DNA from: Catajapyx aquilonaris | Taxonomy: Eukaryota | DNA length: 64,000 bases | Direction of reading: 5' to 3' | Assembly (NCBI GenBank): GCA_000934665.2 | Contig: JYFJ02000425.1 | Span: forward strand, 62,001 to 126,000 | Shown here: positions 27,501 through 41,350 of the stretch, piece by piece | Layout: the number at the start of each line of letters is the position of its first letter | Position numbering within the stretch: position 1 is the stretch's first letter | The notes under the pieces: model-generated | What the model was told of the DNA's origin: nothing | Seen by the model: the letters and a program-made list of their open reading frames with translations, nothing else | Databases searched by the model: none | Program-made: the position numbers and the translations under genes

Positions 27501-30500
27501 ATTGATTCCACTGCCAAAGTAATTGTGCAGCTCAGAGAGGAAAAGGAGAGGTAGGTTGCTGCAGCAAGATGTTTTGAGAGAATGTAAAATTAAATATATT
27601 GTAAGAATCTATTTTGATGATGGCTTCAACTTTACAAAAGATTTCGCTCTGCATGTGGATTTGCAGTGCAACATGAAAGCAACAAACTAACCGTCACATT
27701 TTCATATAAAATGGGTACCCATTGGTGCATAGAGACCTGAGTCAAGTAATAAAAATAATCACATAATATGACAGTAATTTTTAAAACAGGTTTCAAGACC
27801 TTTTATGTATGTACACAGCCTTGAATTTATTTAGCAATGTACATATTTAATGAATCACCATGGAATGTCAGAATTTTTTATCTTAAGGGACAAGAGAGCT
27901 GCAGCCACTATGGGTGGCCAGAGTCGCCTGGTGGAGCTTGAAATGAAGCTTCGCCGAGAGAGGCATCATCTGGAAGAGGTTCGCTCCCTACTGAAGGCAT
28001 GTGAGGAAGAAGCTCGCAGGAAAGACCAAGAGTTTACAGAGATGGCTGTTCGCCTACGTGAATATGAGAGTGGTGAGTATGGCCTGGATGAAGCCATTGG
28101 GGAGTTGAAGGAGTGCCGACGCCAGGTGCAGGTCCGTGACCGCCAGATTGAAGATCTGAACCAGTTTGGAAGCCAGGCTGGCTACCAGCTGCAAGAGGTG
28201 ATGGAGGAGAATGCTCTGTTGAGAGACCGCTTGGGGATGGGAGCCAGGGAGGTTGACGTGACCAGATTCAGTGAAATGCGTCGTAGAGAAAAGATGGCCA
28301 CACACGCATTGCAGGAACAGCTGGAAAGCATGGAGGAAGAGCATGTTCAACTTCGGATGGAGAACCGGCAGCTCAAGCAGAAGGTGGTTGGGAAGCATGT
28401 TGAAAAGGTGGATGACAAGGTGGCAGGTAGAGAGCTGGCATGGAAGGCCGTGGAGGTGGAAATGCAAAGGTGGGAAATGGACAAAGCACAGCTGGAGCAT
28501 GAAAACAAGAAACTTGCTGAAGAGAATTCTGGGCTTCGGAAAGGCCTGCAGGAAGTCCTTGATAGCATCAGGAACCAAGATGGTATGGTATATTTTTTGC
28601 AATTCATTTTCCTGCAACAAAATAGTCATATTAGTTGCATAGTATTTATGAAGTCTTGCAAGATGGTGCATGCATTTTGAAACCAACAGGCGTGAGTGAT
28701 GTGAAGCTGGAGGCACCCATCCTAGAGGAGCTTTTGGCTGCCCTGGATACCCGTGTGCTAGCTGGACATTCTGTGCCACTAGCCGGAATGCGGGCCCGAG
28801 TTGAGGCACTGGAAGGGAAGAATTCTGCCTTGCGAGAAGAGCTTCGGGCATCTAGGCTGGAAGGAGCAAAAGTATCTGCCCATCTGGCTGAATCTGTTCG
28901 GAGTTTTCAAGAGCTGGCTTCACGTGTCGGGGATACCATTTCCCAGTCAGTTGTTCCTGAAAAGGAGTGCGTGATTGTCCCACCAGTAAATCTTCCAGAA
29001 ATGCCACAGCCTGCCTTGGATCTTGTCACCAAACTTAGTTCACAACTGGTGGAGGTACTATATTTATCTTGTTTTTATATTGTATTATTTTGTATGCTGT
29101 TAGTATGTAAAACCTCAAAACCCTTAACTACGTAGGTGGGCGAAACACCTTTAACTACGTAGGTGGAGCCTGAGAGGCTCCAGCAGTATATTTAAATTTC
29201 TGCTTATCAACTAAATTGTTATATTAGACTTTTCACATACAGAAAGTGCAGTTCAGATCATTAGGCTTCCGAAAACGTAAAAATCACACGCTGAGTCAGG
29301 ATATTCCGACAGGGAAAAAATTTTATTTAAAAGTTTACAGCATGCTTGAGCCACTCAGGCTTCACCTACGAGATATAGAGCCTGAGCTGTTCCAGGTGGG
29401 ACCTGTTCCTCGTTACGAATTTTTCAAAACCAAAGAATAGGGACTAAAAAAAATTTCTTTCCTTTTCATGCTTAGGAAGGTTTTTCTGACCAAGTCACGG
29501 AAGGACATGGGAAAATAAAATTCAATGAAAAAGTTATATGCGTTTAAATAGTGCTTGGAGCCTCTCAGGCTCCACCTACGTAGTTAAGGGTTAATTGACA
29601 AGGGTCTGCACATTACTGGTGGTTGTAAAAATATGTCTTGCATGCAATAACATTGCAAGATCTTTTCCAACTCCTTGTCGATCACTTAAAGGTGCTAGCT
29701 GATCATGAACAAAAGGAAGCTGTCACAACTGACCTGGAAAAGCGTGTGGGGTTCCTGCAACGCAAGATAGGTGTTGTCAGGCAGCAGATGGGTTTGGCAT
29801 ACAACTCCTACAAGGAAGACAAAGCAGCCTGGGAGAAGGAGCGAGAGAAGTGGGAACATGATAGGGAAGAAATGTCATCTCAACTAGTAGCTGTTAAGAT
29901 TGAGCTGGATAAGTGCAAGGAGGCCCTGGATGCATTTGGTACCGGGGACAAGAATTACTTCTCAGAGTTGGCACGGCAGGCTGCCATTCTCAAGTCCAAT
30001 GAAGCAATATTATGCAGGAAGTATACAGCACTGGAGGGGCTGGAGAAGCAGGCGGCAGTGGAGAATGGGAGGCTCAGGTCACAAATAGTGCGAATTCGGA
30101 ATGAGATGCTTGAGAAGGTTGGGAAGCTCAAGCGTTACAAGGTAATTTTGGTCTTCTCATGAAAATAAAATATGCAGATGTTGCAAAATTCATGAAAGAT
30201 TAGCAAGCATGTTACAAAGCTGACCCATTGTGCATTGTATTTAGTAATGTAGTATTATACTGTACAGCAAGATTTCTCAACTAATTTGTGATAAGGTCCA
30301 TGAATTAATTTCAATTCTCGATGAAAGTTCAGAGACTCATACAATACCGCTCAGTAATTTTAATACACCACCTGAATATCCATTTAACCCTGTGTTTGAC
30401 TTGAAACAACAACTAGGCTGACAATCCAAAAGCATTGTCATGTATCGTTTGAAAGCCTGCTTAAATCCCTGTCAGGATAGGTGGATAACCTTTTTGTGTG

Positions 30501-33500
30501 CTAAATTTGGACTTAAGTGGTGATTCAGCTAATTCTGAAGAGCATTTCCTTCCACCTCTGTTCAGGTTAAGGCATCATACAAGATTGTGAGCCTTCAGAA
30601 GTCTCTGGAGTTGTCAGTTCCACTTCATGCACTGGATTCAGCCAACCAGCAGTATGATGAGCTGACGGCCAAGTACTCTGATCTTCTGGAGCGGGAGCAC
30701 AAAGTTATGTCCCAGACACATCAGGTGGAGCAGTTAGAGGCTTGCTTGGAGGCAGCCCGTCTGGAAAAGGAGAAGCTAGCAGCAGAGGTGGTTACCTCAA
30801 AAGAGAAGGCTTATGTGCAGGGGTTAGCTGAGACTGAAGAAAAAGACCTAGCCAAAAGGCTAGCCCAGCTGGAGATTCAAGAACTATCTACCAGGCAACA
30901 TGCAGATCATGCAGAGAAGATGCTGGAGTTGATCAAATGTCAGCTGACGGAGGTTGAGACACGCAACAGTGAGCTAGAGTCCCACTCGCTGGAGCTAGGA
31001 CGGTTCAATCTGGAACTGCAGGCTACAGAGCGAGAGCTGCGAGGCCAGCTGGTGACCTCGTCAGGGGAAGAGACCTACAGCGAGGTGGTGAAGCAGGCAG
31101 AGAAGGCAGAGGCAGAGGTAGTTTCCCTTCAAGGTGAGATCTCTCAGCTGAAGGAGGTGGCAGAGATTGCCTGCAACCAAGCTGTAGCCCTGGAGAAGCA
31201 CAAACGCTGGAAGGAAAAGGAGAATCAGGAACTGAAAAAACAGGTGGTGGACCTGCAGAGTGAGGCGGATCACAAAGCTGTCATTGCAGCCTGCCACAGG
31301 TGAGATGTCTGACATAGCAGGGATGCCAGGGAAAACACTGTATTGCAAAAGAATATAGATATAAGAAATTACTGCACAGCAACTGATGTTGACATTACAT
31401 TTTTCCATTTTGATGAGGAATCGATTATCACTTGGTAGCAAATTGTTGCAATGAGTCGATTAAAGTGTGCTTGCTGGAGTTTGGTTGTGCATAGCGGTTT
31501 TGGGCCATTAAATTTTTTCTCAATTGTAACAATACTACGCAAGGCAAGGATTGGTCAATACCTCATATTGTTGGTAAATCTGTTTAATGAAAAATGTTAC
31601 CTGTTTTTATGGCAGGGAAATAAGCTCGCTGCAGAGGCGTTGTACTGATCTTGAGTCAGAAGTCGACGTCTTAACTTCTCAGCTGAGGAAGGAAGAGGCC
31701 ATGTCAATCCGCCAGGAACGCCGGTCAGATGACCTGGAATACCAGATGCAGATTCTGCGACGCCGAACTGTCCAACGCTGTCGAGCCTTGTATGCCACAG
31801 TACAATCTTTCCGCCGCCAACACAATGGATGTGTGCCACTCCAAAGACAGGAGGGCCGAGGAATGCTGCTAATTCGTCTCCAGGAAGAGCGCAAAAAGTG
31901 GAAGCAGACAGCTAGGGAGGCAGAGGAACGGGCAGACCAGTTAGAGGTCAGAGTCGGGGAGCTGGATTTGGAGATTCAAGGATTGAAAGAGATGTTGGAG
32001 GCTGTGAAGGAAGGCAGGATGGACATGCAAGTGGAGGAATGGCAAAGATCAAACAGGGATCTGAGGGTAGAGGCCATGGGGTGCAGAAGAATGCTGGAGA
32101 GGGAGCAGGAGAAGGCCAAGTTCCTGGAGGCTGAGATTGAAAGGATGGAAGAACTTGCCAAAAAGAGGGAAGAGGAGATCGCTAGGAAAGAAACGGAATG
32201 GGAGGAAAGGGCCATGGAATGGGAGGATAAGATTAATGAATCCACTACTGTCCAAACTGTCCAAACTGCAGATGCTGGGGTATCAACAATGGAGATTATT
32301 GACATTTCTCCAGCTTGGGTTCAGGTAAATTGAATGAAGTTGTGAATACCAATATTGTTTTTTTTGGTTCATAGATTTCAGAGTCAATAAAGATTATGGT
32401 TATAATTACAGGACAAGAAGGATCCTGCAGAAGTGGATGCACTCAGGCAAAAGTGCAACCAGCTTGAGGCTGAAATAGTGGCTCGAGACAAAATCATATG
32501 CGAACTGAGATCCAGTGTGGTGGTTCCAGCAGAGAGAGATGGAGATGACTGCTGGGAAAAGATGGCCCAGGTAGAAAAGGCAGTTGAGGTGGCCCAAGTG
32601 ACTGCTGAAACTCAGAAGGAACGGCTGCGGCAGAGGGATGAAACTCTGAAAAGGTGGGTCAACTTGCACGTATTTCAAAGCCAGTAACATGGCACAGAAT
32701 GGCTTCAGCCTGATTTTTAAAAAAGGTCAGGGTATGTGAAATGCATTTACTTCCACAGGTACAAAGAAATAATGGAGGAAATGCGCCAGGAGGTAGGCCG
32801 GATAGATGCTGCCCGGCAGCAAGAAGTTGCTGCTCTCCAAGATGCATTGGAGGACAGGAACAGAGGTGCACATGATCTCGAGGGCGTGGACAATGAATCT
32901 TCCACTTACCAGTGCTGTAACCACTTGACCCGCATCAATGAGTTGACTGATGAGGTGGCCCATCTACATGCATCAGTTTCTTCCCTGGTTACACAGTTGG
33001 GAGATATGAAAGAGGTCATGAACAGATGGAAAAGGAAAGCAGAAGCCTACCAGCGCGACAGGGAGGCTTGTGAGGTTGAACGGACATCTGAGGTCCAGGA
33101 TCTCCGGGACATAATCCAGAACCAAGATGTGACAATACAGGAGCTGCAGCAGGAGAGGAGAATGGCAGGGCCAGGAAGAGGGTCAGTGGGCAGGTCAATA
33201 ATAGAGCAGCTTAGAGGTCAGCTGGAAGAAAAGGAAGGACAGTTGCTGGCACTAACCAGGATGTTAGACGACCTCAAGTTGAAGGTGGCCCAATCCATGG
33301 ACGATCCAGTGAGGCTTTTACCAGACAATCCAAGGGATGTGGAATTTCTCAAACGCCAGGTAATAGCTGTCTCATCAACCAACCACACATGAGCCACTAT
33401 TTGTATTACAATTAAATATGAATCAACTGATGCTAAGGGGTCGTCTCTTATTTCCAGTTGGATGAAGCCAAACATGCGGGGCAAAAGGCTCAACGAAAGG

Positions 33501-35119
33501 CACAAGCTGAGACTAAGCGGCTCCAAGAGGAACTGGACAAGATCACATCAAATATGGAATCCCTCAGAAATGAGAATAAGCGTCTAGTGTCGGCAAAGCA
33601 AAAGGCACCACCACTGACCAACAAGGAGCTTATAGCCAAGAACAAATCGCTGCAGAATGAGTTAAATTTACTGAAAAGGCAGTTGGAAGGGAGCCAGGAG
33701 AGCCTAGGTGTTGAGCAGAAGCGGGCACAGTCAGCAGGGAAACTGGCTCGTTGGGATGAATCCAAGAAGTGGCAGAAATCGCTGCAAAAGAAGGAGGAAG
33801 AGCTGAAGGAGAAACAGGTTGAGATTGAACACATCCGTAAACTCAATCAGGGTTTGAGGGGCACAGTGTCCAGGCTGGAAAGGGAGAAGCAGTTGCAAGA
33901 GCTCAAGCTGAAGGGACGGATAGTGGCAAGTGTGGATACAGAGCAGGTGGAATCACTCCGTCGTGCTAATTTCACCCTCAAGGAGAAAGTGGCCAGCTTG
34001 GAAGCTGAGTTGGCTGAGGAGAGGGGCCGTGCCGATGAGGGGGTTAAGGCCAAGATAGAGTACCTAGAAAAACGGGTGGAAAGCCAGGAGAGGCAGATAG
34101 TGGCTATGGAGGTAGCTGGAAAAGGAAGTCCAACAGCTACCAAGGAACTGGCCAGGCTGCATGAGAAGGAAGCAGAACTGCAACGGCAGGTGATGTTACT
34201 GGAAGAGGAGAAACTGGAACTGAGGCTGGAAGTGGAGCAACTGAGGGTAGACCCACCCAGACTCAGAGAAAGAGTAAAGGAGTTGGAGAAGTATGTTGAG
34301 GTACTCAAGGAGGATGCCAAGGGAACTTCTGCCAGATCAGAGGTGAGATTCCTGTATTGGTTGCTTTGAGAATGTCCCAAACTTCTTATTGTATACTTAT
34401 AAGAGGTGTTGAAAAACTTTTCAAATCCCCCTGTTGAGCCAGTGATGAAGTTTAGCCGAATCTGAAGCATTCGGCCTAACAGCCTTGAGTGCCATGTTCA
34501 TTCACAATCCGAGAGCGATTTTTTGGTTATACTGAGGCACAGTGGGTGGCAATAGGGCATAGTAGTGGCAAGAACAAAGCTGCCACAATGATACTTATTT
34601 TATTTCTATTTCTAGGTTCCTAGGCCCTCAGCAGAGTTGACTCGCTTGCAACGTGAAAATGCATCTTTGAAGGCAAGGGCAGCACTAGCAGACAAACTGC
34701 AGGGGGCAGAGAAGGCAATGCAGACACTAACGGCTGACAACAAGCGCTTAAAGTCACAGCTGCAGAAGTCTATCAGAGAGTTAGAAAATGCCTCCAGAGC
34801 ACATCAGGCTGCCATTGGGGAAGTCAGCTGCCTACAGGTGGAGTTGGAAGCAGCTAAGGCTGTCACTAGAGACCAGCCATCGTTACCACCTGACTTGGAG
34901 GAGCTTCAGGAGCAGCTGACGCGGAAGGCGCGCATGTTGTCTGACATGAAAGACCTGCTGAAGATGACAGCAGAGAGAGAACAGCAGCATATCCGAGAGA
35001 AGGAAGAACTCGTGCAAGAGAAAGAGGATCTCATGCAAGAGAAGGAGGAGCTCATTCTAGAAAATGAGGAACTCATGCGAGAAAAGGAGGAACTCAATCG
35101 GCAACTTGATGCCATTTGA
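24561..35119 (+). CDS. CEP290: Centrosomal protein of 290 kDa homolog (multi-exon coiled-coil ciliary transition-zone protein)
   Basis: Long coiled-coil exons with segments I recognise from CEP290: YESGEYGLDEAIGELKECRRQVQVRDRQIEDL, SVPLHALDSANQQYDELTAKYSDLL and ARWDESKKWQ. Lies head-to-head with the Canopy gene. Confidence 0.85.
25172..26074 (+). mobile_element. Internally deleted mariner transposon in a CEP290 intron
   Basis: About 29-bp TIRs (CGAGGTGTAATCAAAAAGTTCCCGGACTG / CAGTCCGGGAACTTTTCGATCACACCTCG) with TA flanks. Frameshifted transposase remnants IKFCFQLNKT, YEWF, MLIIFFDILGIVHMEFFPPGKTVN, WLLHHDNA and DFYLFPKMK. Confidence 0.92.
26789..26989. mobile_element. hAT-type MITE in a CEP290 intron
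   Basis: Termini TAGTGATTACCAACC and GGTTGGAAACCACTG. Perfect 8-bp target-site duplication GTGTAATG at 26781-26788 and 26990-26997. Confidence 0.82.
29121..29590. mobile_element. piggyBac-like MITE in a CEP290 intron
   Basis: Termini CCCTTAACTACGTAGGTGG and CCACCTACGTAGTTAAGGG, the right one followed by TTAA. Subterminal inverted repeat GGAGCCTGAGAGGCTCCA. The left TIR is partly duplicated. Confidence 0.72.
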
Positions 35120-35431
35120 AGTACCAGCTTTTATTGAGTATCACAGAATTTCTGTTTTGTACTGTTGCAGGACATATGCATTTGGTGTGGATTCACCTGT
35201 GCAAATTCATGGATTGACCCACATGCAATGTTCAGTTTTGTTTTTCTGGGCAGTTCACTTGGAAGGTTCATAAATCAGTCACATGATCACAACTTATTTC
35301 CACCATCAAGACTTCTGTTACTTTATGCTTACAAATGTGATTAGCTGGAAAAGAACCTGCTGGGAGTTTGAAGGTGTACCAAGCAGGAGAGGTTTATCTC
35401 AGGTGACAACTGAGTGCCAAATAACATGAGT

Positions 35432-38400
35432 TTATTTCCAACACCCACACTTTCCAAAGGTAGAAGGCGGCTTTGCCATTTCCTCATGGGAGCCAACCTT
35501 AAAGATCATGGCCATGCCAACGTCAAAGTGGATGGAGATGTGACAGTGGAAGAGCCAGTACCCAGGGTTGTCAGCATAGAAGCGGATGATGGTGTAGCCG
35601 CCATCAGGAACATTGACAGTGTCCTTTCTGGGTGCTCCACTTAAACGCCTCTTCAGCTTTCCCTCGTCATCTAGTCGACGGACCTCTTCCAAGGAGGTGG
35701 CATCACCAAGCTTCTCCAGACCAGCCACTCGGAAGTAGTGGCCATGGAGGTGGAATGGGTGGTTTACCTCAAATGGAGGATTTCCTGCAAGTTTTTATTT
35801 TTTAGATATAAAACTTGTTAATATTTGGAATTTATTTTGAAGGCAGAAGATGCCAGTTTCCACTTGTTACAGGTCCTTTTTTCAAATAAGCTTGTGATGA
35901 AAATGGGGAAACTGGCATCCGGTATGTAATAGCAATGTTGCATGATTGCTTTAAAAAAAGTATTCTTACCAAGCTGAACCAGAATGAGTTCCACGGTGGA
36001 GTTGGTGGCAAACTCAACCATCTGTGGGCACTCGCATTGGTGTGAGGCGCAGTGCTCTGGGTCGATGGTGTGCTCATTACAGAAGGTCTCTGGGGTGACA
36101 TCCTCAGGTTGTGTCAGTGGAGGAAATTGGGGAAAGGCAAATGTGATATTGTTAACTGGGGTCACACGCACACCCCCTCGGCCCACTGCAACAGAGGGAA
36201 ATTGTTAAAAGTTTTGCATAGGAATACCACGTTGCTACAGGAGATGGATTTTGTTCATCCAAATTTGACACATGCTTATAGCCTTTACTTATGACCATAA
36301 ATGAACATGTTTCTTTGATCTCACAGACATGAGCCCTACTTGGACTCACGAGCTGTAACAAATATTTATTGAAAGTTACATGTACCACTAATTTTTCCAT
36401 AGTAAATGTATTATTTCAGTGATTGCAATCCAGTTATCTTTGGGTAGTGTGGTCAGTGTACAAATATACAGTATTATTAATTTAATGTAATTCCTGGGAG
36501 AACATATGTACCACACTAACAATAAGTGCATGAGATCTGTTCTTTTGAGTGGTGTGTGGCACACAAATTTTATCATGTGAGGAGTGAAATTTTTTACAGT
36601 ATTGTTTTGGTAAAAAAAGTTTGTTGCTTACAATTTGTATATACGAGTAATGCTTTGTGATATGATAAACTATGCTGTAAACATGATCTAGTCAGTCTAA
36701 ATAAAGTACAATAATGAAGATTTGAATATGTGAAAATTTTCTGATTGCAGTTTAAATGTTGCATAATTAGAAAGCTTATCGTTATTTTCTTCAGGTACCT
36801 CCCGGCAAGTGCCCCAACTACCATAACATAGCCACTACTGTTAATACCCCTTTCTGGATAGAATGTCAAGAAACATTACTGTGATGAAGTGGGTAGTTGA
36901 TAGGATCAAAGTCATCCATCTTGATGTCCCTGTGGTAGAGACCCACATAGACCTTGTAGTCAGGCACCTCAGTCAGGCTGATTTCATCTCCCAGGACATC
37001 GGTCATCTCAGCTGCGGTAGTCATGCCCTTGTGGCCTGAACCAATGTTGATAGAGTTCAGCTGGTCACCACCTCGGCCTGCTGCAGTGTAGCTGAAGGTC
37101 CCCTTTGGTTCTGCGTATGGTCCGCAGGTGGCATCTCGGTAGTGCAGAATGGCATACTGGAATGCTCCGCTGAATGGGGGGCCACAGTCAAGCAGACCTT
37201 GTGCCTTCAGCCAGTAGTTAGACGAATCCTGGTTTGTGTGCAGGACAAAGTCGTAGCGCTCGCCAGCAGCAATGACAAACGAGTCGACTGCAAAGAATAT
37301 TGAATCTCATGATGTAAAACCAATGATCTAACATCAAACTTATTTAAATGAGTTCTAGCTTACATACCTTCAACAGGACTGATGGGATTTCCATCACTGG
37401 CAATCATTGTCAGCTTGTGGCCATCCACTGAGATCTGAATTGGGCAGCTGACAACTCCATTGTTGATGACCCTGAATCTGTATCGCTTTCCAGATTCCAC
37501 ATCAAAGCGAGACATGGGTGTGTAGAAGGTCTTGTTACCACTGGCATCTTTGTATTCTTGGCACTTGCCCTTTCCGTTGATGAGCATTCCCATAGGACGA
37601 ATCTCCTGGGGCTCGTACTGCGACCCAATGACATGGTCCTCGGTGCTTTCATGGGTCCAATCCTGGACCAGGATTACATGCTCAGAGAGGTCATGGTCAT
37701 ACAAGTGGCCATGAGGATCCACATCACGTGGCTGGCGGACAACCAAAGCACCATACACGCCATCATCCTTCTGGTGACCTGTTTTAAATTGTATTGCATG
37801 AATGTGGGAACATTACAGGTCACGTAATGCAAGGCTGGCTTAATGCCACAGTCTACCTGAGTGGGAGTGGTAGAAGTATGTGCCTGCATCTTCAGCCTTG
37901 AAGCGGTACTGGAAGGAGGTGCCTGGCTGGATGGGGCACTGGGTGAGCATGGGCACGCCATCCATGAAGGGGGTTCCAATCTGACGCATTCCATGCCAGT
38001 GGATGCTGGTGCTTCCACAGGTCAGGCTGTTCAGAACGTCAACCACCACTTCATCACCTTGGCATACCTGGACATTGAGACATGCTCGTCATGATGACAT
38101 TGTCTATGGACCGCTATGGACTAACTATATTGTGCTGTAATCAGGAATACACTTTGTCCCATAGAAAATAAGTGCGTGTGGTTAAATGTAATCTGTGATC
38201 TCGATCAATTGCTGTAATCGTCTTTAATCACATGAATTACTACAGTCTATAGATAGTACAGTTAGATATATGGTTCGTCAATACCGCGCAGCAAGTACGT
38301 CACCCCCAATTCGTACGCCGTCTGCAGCGTCCGAATCGACTCCCGTGGTACCTCCTGCCGCCTCCTTCTCTCCTAGCAGGGAGCAACCACTTTTGGGACT

Positions 38401-39025
38401 GAACACGGAGGAGAAGTTCGTGCAACCCAACAAGGAAAACACCCCCTCGATTTATCCCGTCCTGCCTTTTACCTGGATGTTGGGACCTGGGAGCTGCCTG
38501 TTGATGGTGACGATTCCTCTTCTCCAGCCGTCGGCGGCGACGCAGGCCTTCTTGTCGCAGTCGGTCCCGTTGAAGGGACAGCCGAAGCACAGGTTGCTCA
38601 TGGTCCAATACTGCTCCACGTTGAACTTGTAGTGACAAACGCGTGGTTGCTGGCCTCTATAGCACTCTCGGAGACAGGGATGAGGTTCTGGAAGTTGGTC
38701 AAAGACCGGGTTGTATGATACGATGGAAAGTGTTGAAGAGGGTTTACTGACTGTCTAAAAGCGAATTTGGCCGTTAATGACCGTTAATGGCGGATTGTTG
38801 GCCGTTAATAGCCGTTAGTAGCCGTTAATAGTCGTTAATGGCCGTTACTGGCCGTTATACAGAAAACCTCAGAGTGATCTGCTGCAACGGTCTTAATCAA
38901 ACTCCTTTTCTTGGAAGTGTGTTACGAGGAGTGGTGTTACACATACCATCCGAGCTGCTAGCGGCCGTCGACAGAGCGACGACGACAATGGCGAGCAGAA
39001 TAGCGTTGTTGCCTCGGGCACCCAT
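35432..39025 (-). CDS. Laccase-like multicopper oxidase MCO-E (apparently intact)
   Basis: Signal peptide [24 protein letters not shown], then HPCLREC...CVAADG. Copper motifs HWHG, YHSH, HPFHLHG and [13 protein letters not shown]-terminus [12 protein letters not shown]. Confidence 0.9.
38769..38858. repeat. Degenerate 10-nt minisatellite (GGCCGTTAAT)n in an MCO-E intron
   Basis: About eight imperfect copies of (G/A)CCGTTA(A/G/C)T. Confidence 0.8.
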
Positions 39026-39958
39026 GATTTCTGGAGTTGGGGAGAAATCAGCGGCTCCGACTGCAATAATTGCCTACAATTAACTGGCGGTGGTTTGGAC
39101 GAGACATGAGGAGCTTTTATAGAGACGGGTCCCATCGACATAACCAGGCTCTTGGACTGGATAAGATCGCTATCAGCATATGAATTGCGAAAATTGTCCA
39201 TGAGATCCGCGAAAGGAAGTAATTGGGGGGCTATTGAGCACTTGACCTTTTGGTGTCCCTGGTCCTTAGAATAAACAATCATGTCGGGGTGCCCATGTTT
39301 GGTCTTTGTTACCAAATTGTATATTAATATATTGGTATTGGAGTTACATAACCAGCACTTATGTCACCTGCGGATAGGTGACATTCAATCGCATATCGGA
39401 ATATCTGTAGCGTGTAACTGATTATTAAGTATACCACATGTTTGGTACGACGAACCAAGGACAGACTCAAAGTTCTGCGGACTTTTCTCGAAGATTGCTG
39501 CTCTTGCAAAACAATCAGTGGGCTTGTCTGCTATGTACGTGTCTAGATGCCATGATAAAATGCTAACCATACACCGCCATACACTTACAACAATGGATGA
39601 AGGGAAATGTTGTGAAGTTACTTCTACCGATTGAAACAAAAACAATAAATGCTGGAGGAGCTAGGCGACTATAATTATGTAGAAGGTAATCGAGGTATGG
39701 ACAAAGTGAGAATAAAATACATAAATATTATCGATATCTGTAATGTCCATATGAGTATTTTTCACTGGGGAATGAATTTCCAAAGTTATTATTGGTCACA
39801 TATTCTAACGTGTAAATAAGACGAAGAACATTATTATCTTATTTAGAAGTCAATCAGTTTTCGAGATATAACAAGCAACCTTGAACCATTCGTCTGTTCC
39901 CAGGGAATCATACGATAGGCGAGTCCTCTGTTTCTAAGGAGCTTTTAATTATTTTGCC

Positions 39959-40204
39959 ATGGACCACATCCCTGTTATTGACGTGGAAGACATAGGTGTG
40001 TTATTATGTCATTTTATAGCATTCTGTGTTATGTATGCTAGTAAATTGTATATAATATGCTTTGTAGGATTGCACAAAAATAATGACGAAATATCACTCG
40101 AGGGGCTGAGAAATACAGCGAATGCCTTTAAGACTGCTTTCACACAGACTGGCTTTCTTTACTTGAAGAATCATGGAATACCCCAGGAAAAGGTAGGCCT
40201 TATC

Positions 40205-40293
<89 letters not shown>

Positions 40294-40297
40294 GATT

Positions 40298-40339
<42 letters not shown>

Positions 40340-41350
40340 AGTTGGATATAGCAACGAAGGTGACTGGAGATTTCTTCGGCCTCCCTCCGGATGTCAAGGC
40401 TAAATATGCTGTCCACAGTGAGTCACTTAGTCACGGTTATGTGGGACCAAACAAAGAACTGTAAGTGCACCTCTCAATCAGGCAGTGACGAACAGAAATT
40501 CAGACACATTACTTATTTCCAGCTTAAACGAAGATTCTGTTCAGGAACTACGTGAGGCCTACGACATACGACTCTTTGACGGAGCATTTCCTGACGAGGA
40601 AATTCCAAATATGCGACACCATGTTGGGAGCGTCGCCAAAGACTTTGAGCAGCTAGTTATTCGAATTTTGAAAGTATTATCCCTCGCCTTAGGTACATGT
40701 CATTAGCTACGAAAAATTACATGTTTATTGTCTCAATATATTTCTACAGGTCTGGACGACCCAGATTTTCTGGTTGAAATCCACCAGGGGATGCTGACCC
40801 AGACTTGCGAGACAGTCATTCGGTTCTTGAACTACCCGGTTGTCGAAGATAAGGCTGGAAAAGGCGTGGTCAAATTAGGCGAGCATGCTGATTACGGATC
40901 CTTCACCCTCCTCTTCCAAGATGACGCAGGAGGCTTAGAAGTATGTATGTCTACGGCAAAATGATGAAACGTATCGAGTCCCCAATATTAACAGGTGAGG
41001 TCAGTCAACAAGTGGGTTGAAGCCACCCCTATACCTGGAACATTGTTGTTCAACGTGGCTGAAATGCTGGAGATTTGGTCTGCTGGACGATTTCAAGCAA
41101 CGGTACTGAACACATTTTTGTTGTGAGTATGAACAGTCTGAAATGTCATTGAATATTGCAGAAACACCGAGTGTTTATTCCGGAGAATAAGCAAAATGAT
41201 AAGCCCCGACGGTCTCTGGCTTTTTTTGTGGCTCCTGGAAAGGACGTTGTTATTAAGCCTCTAGATGGGTCCACCAAGTTGAAGCCCGTTGTCTGCTGGG
41301 ATCATTTGCAGAGACGGTTTTTGGAATCCTATGTGCATATGGAAAAATGA
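39959..41350 (+). CDS. 2OG/Fe(II) dioxygenase, IPNS/DIOX_N-like family, copy 1
   Basis: IPVIDV, GFLYLKNHGI, RFLNYP, HADYGSFTLLFQD (HxD), HRV (distal His) and RRSLAFF (RxS). 7 exons. Confidence 0.9.
40206..40339. repeat. (ATT)n(GTT)n compound microsatellite filling intron 2 of dioxygenase copy 1
   Basis: Seen directly. It runs up to the TAG acceptor. Confidence 0.95.

Noticed and set aside
40094..40416. Poly-Ile, poly-Asn and poly-Thr ORFs (also 42917-43260)
   Set aside because: These are translations of intronic microsatellites.
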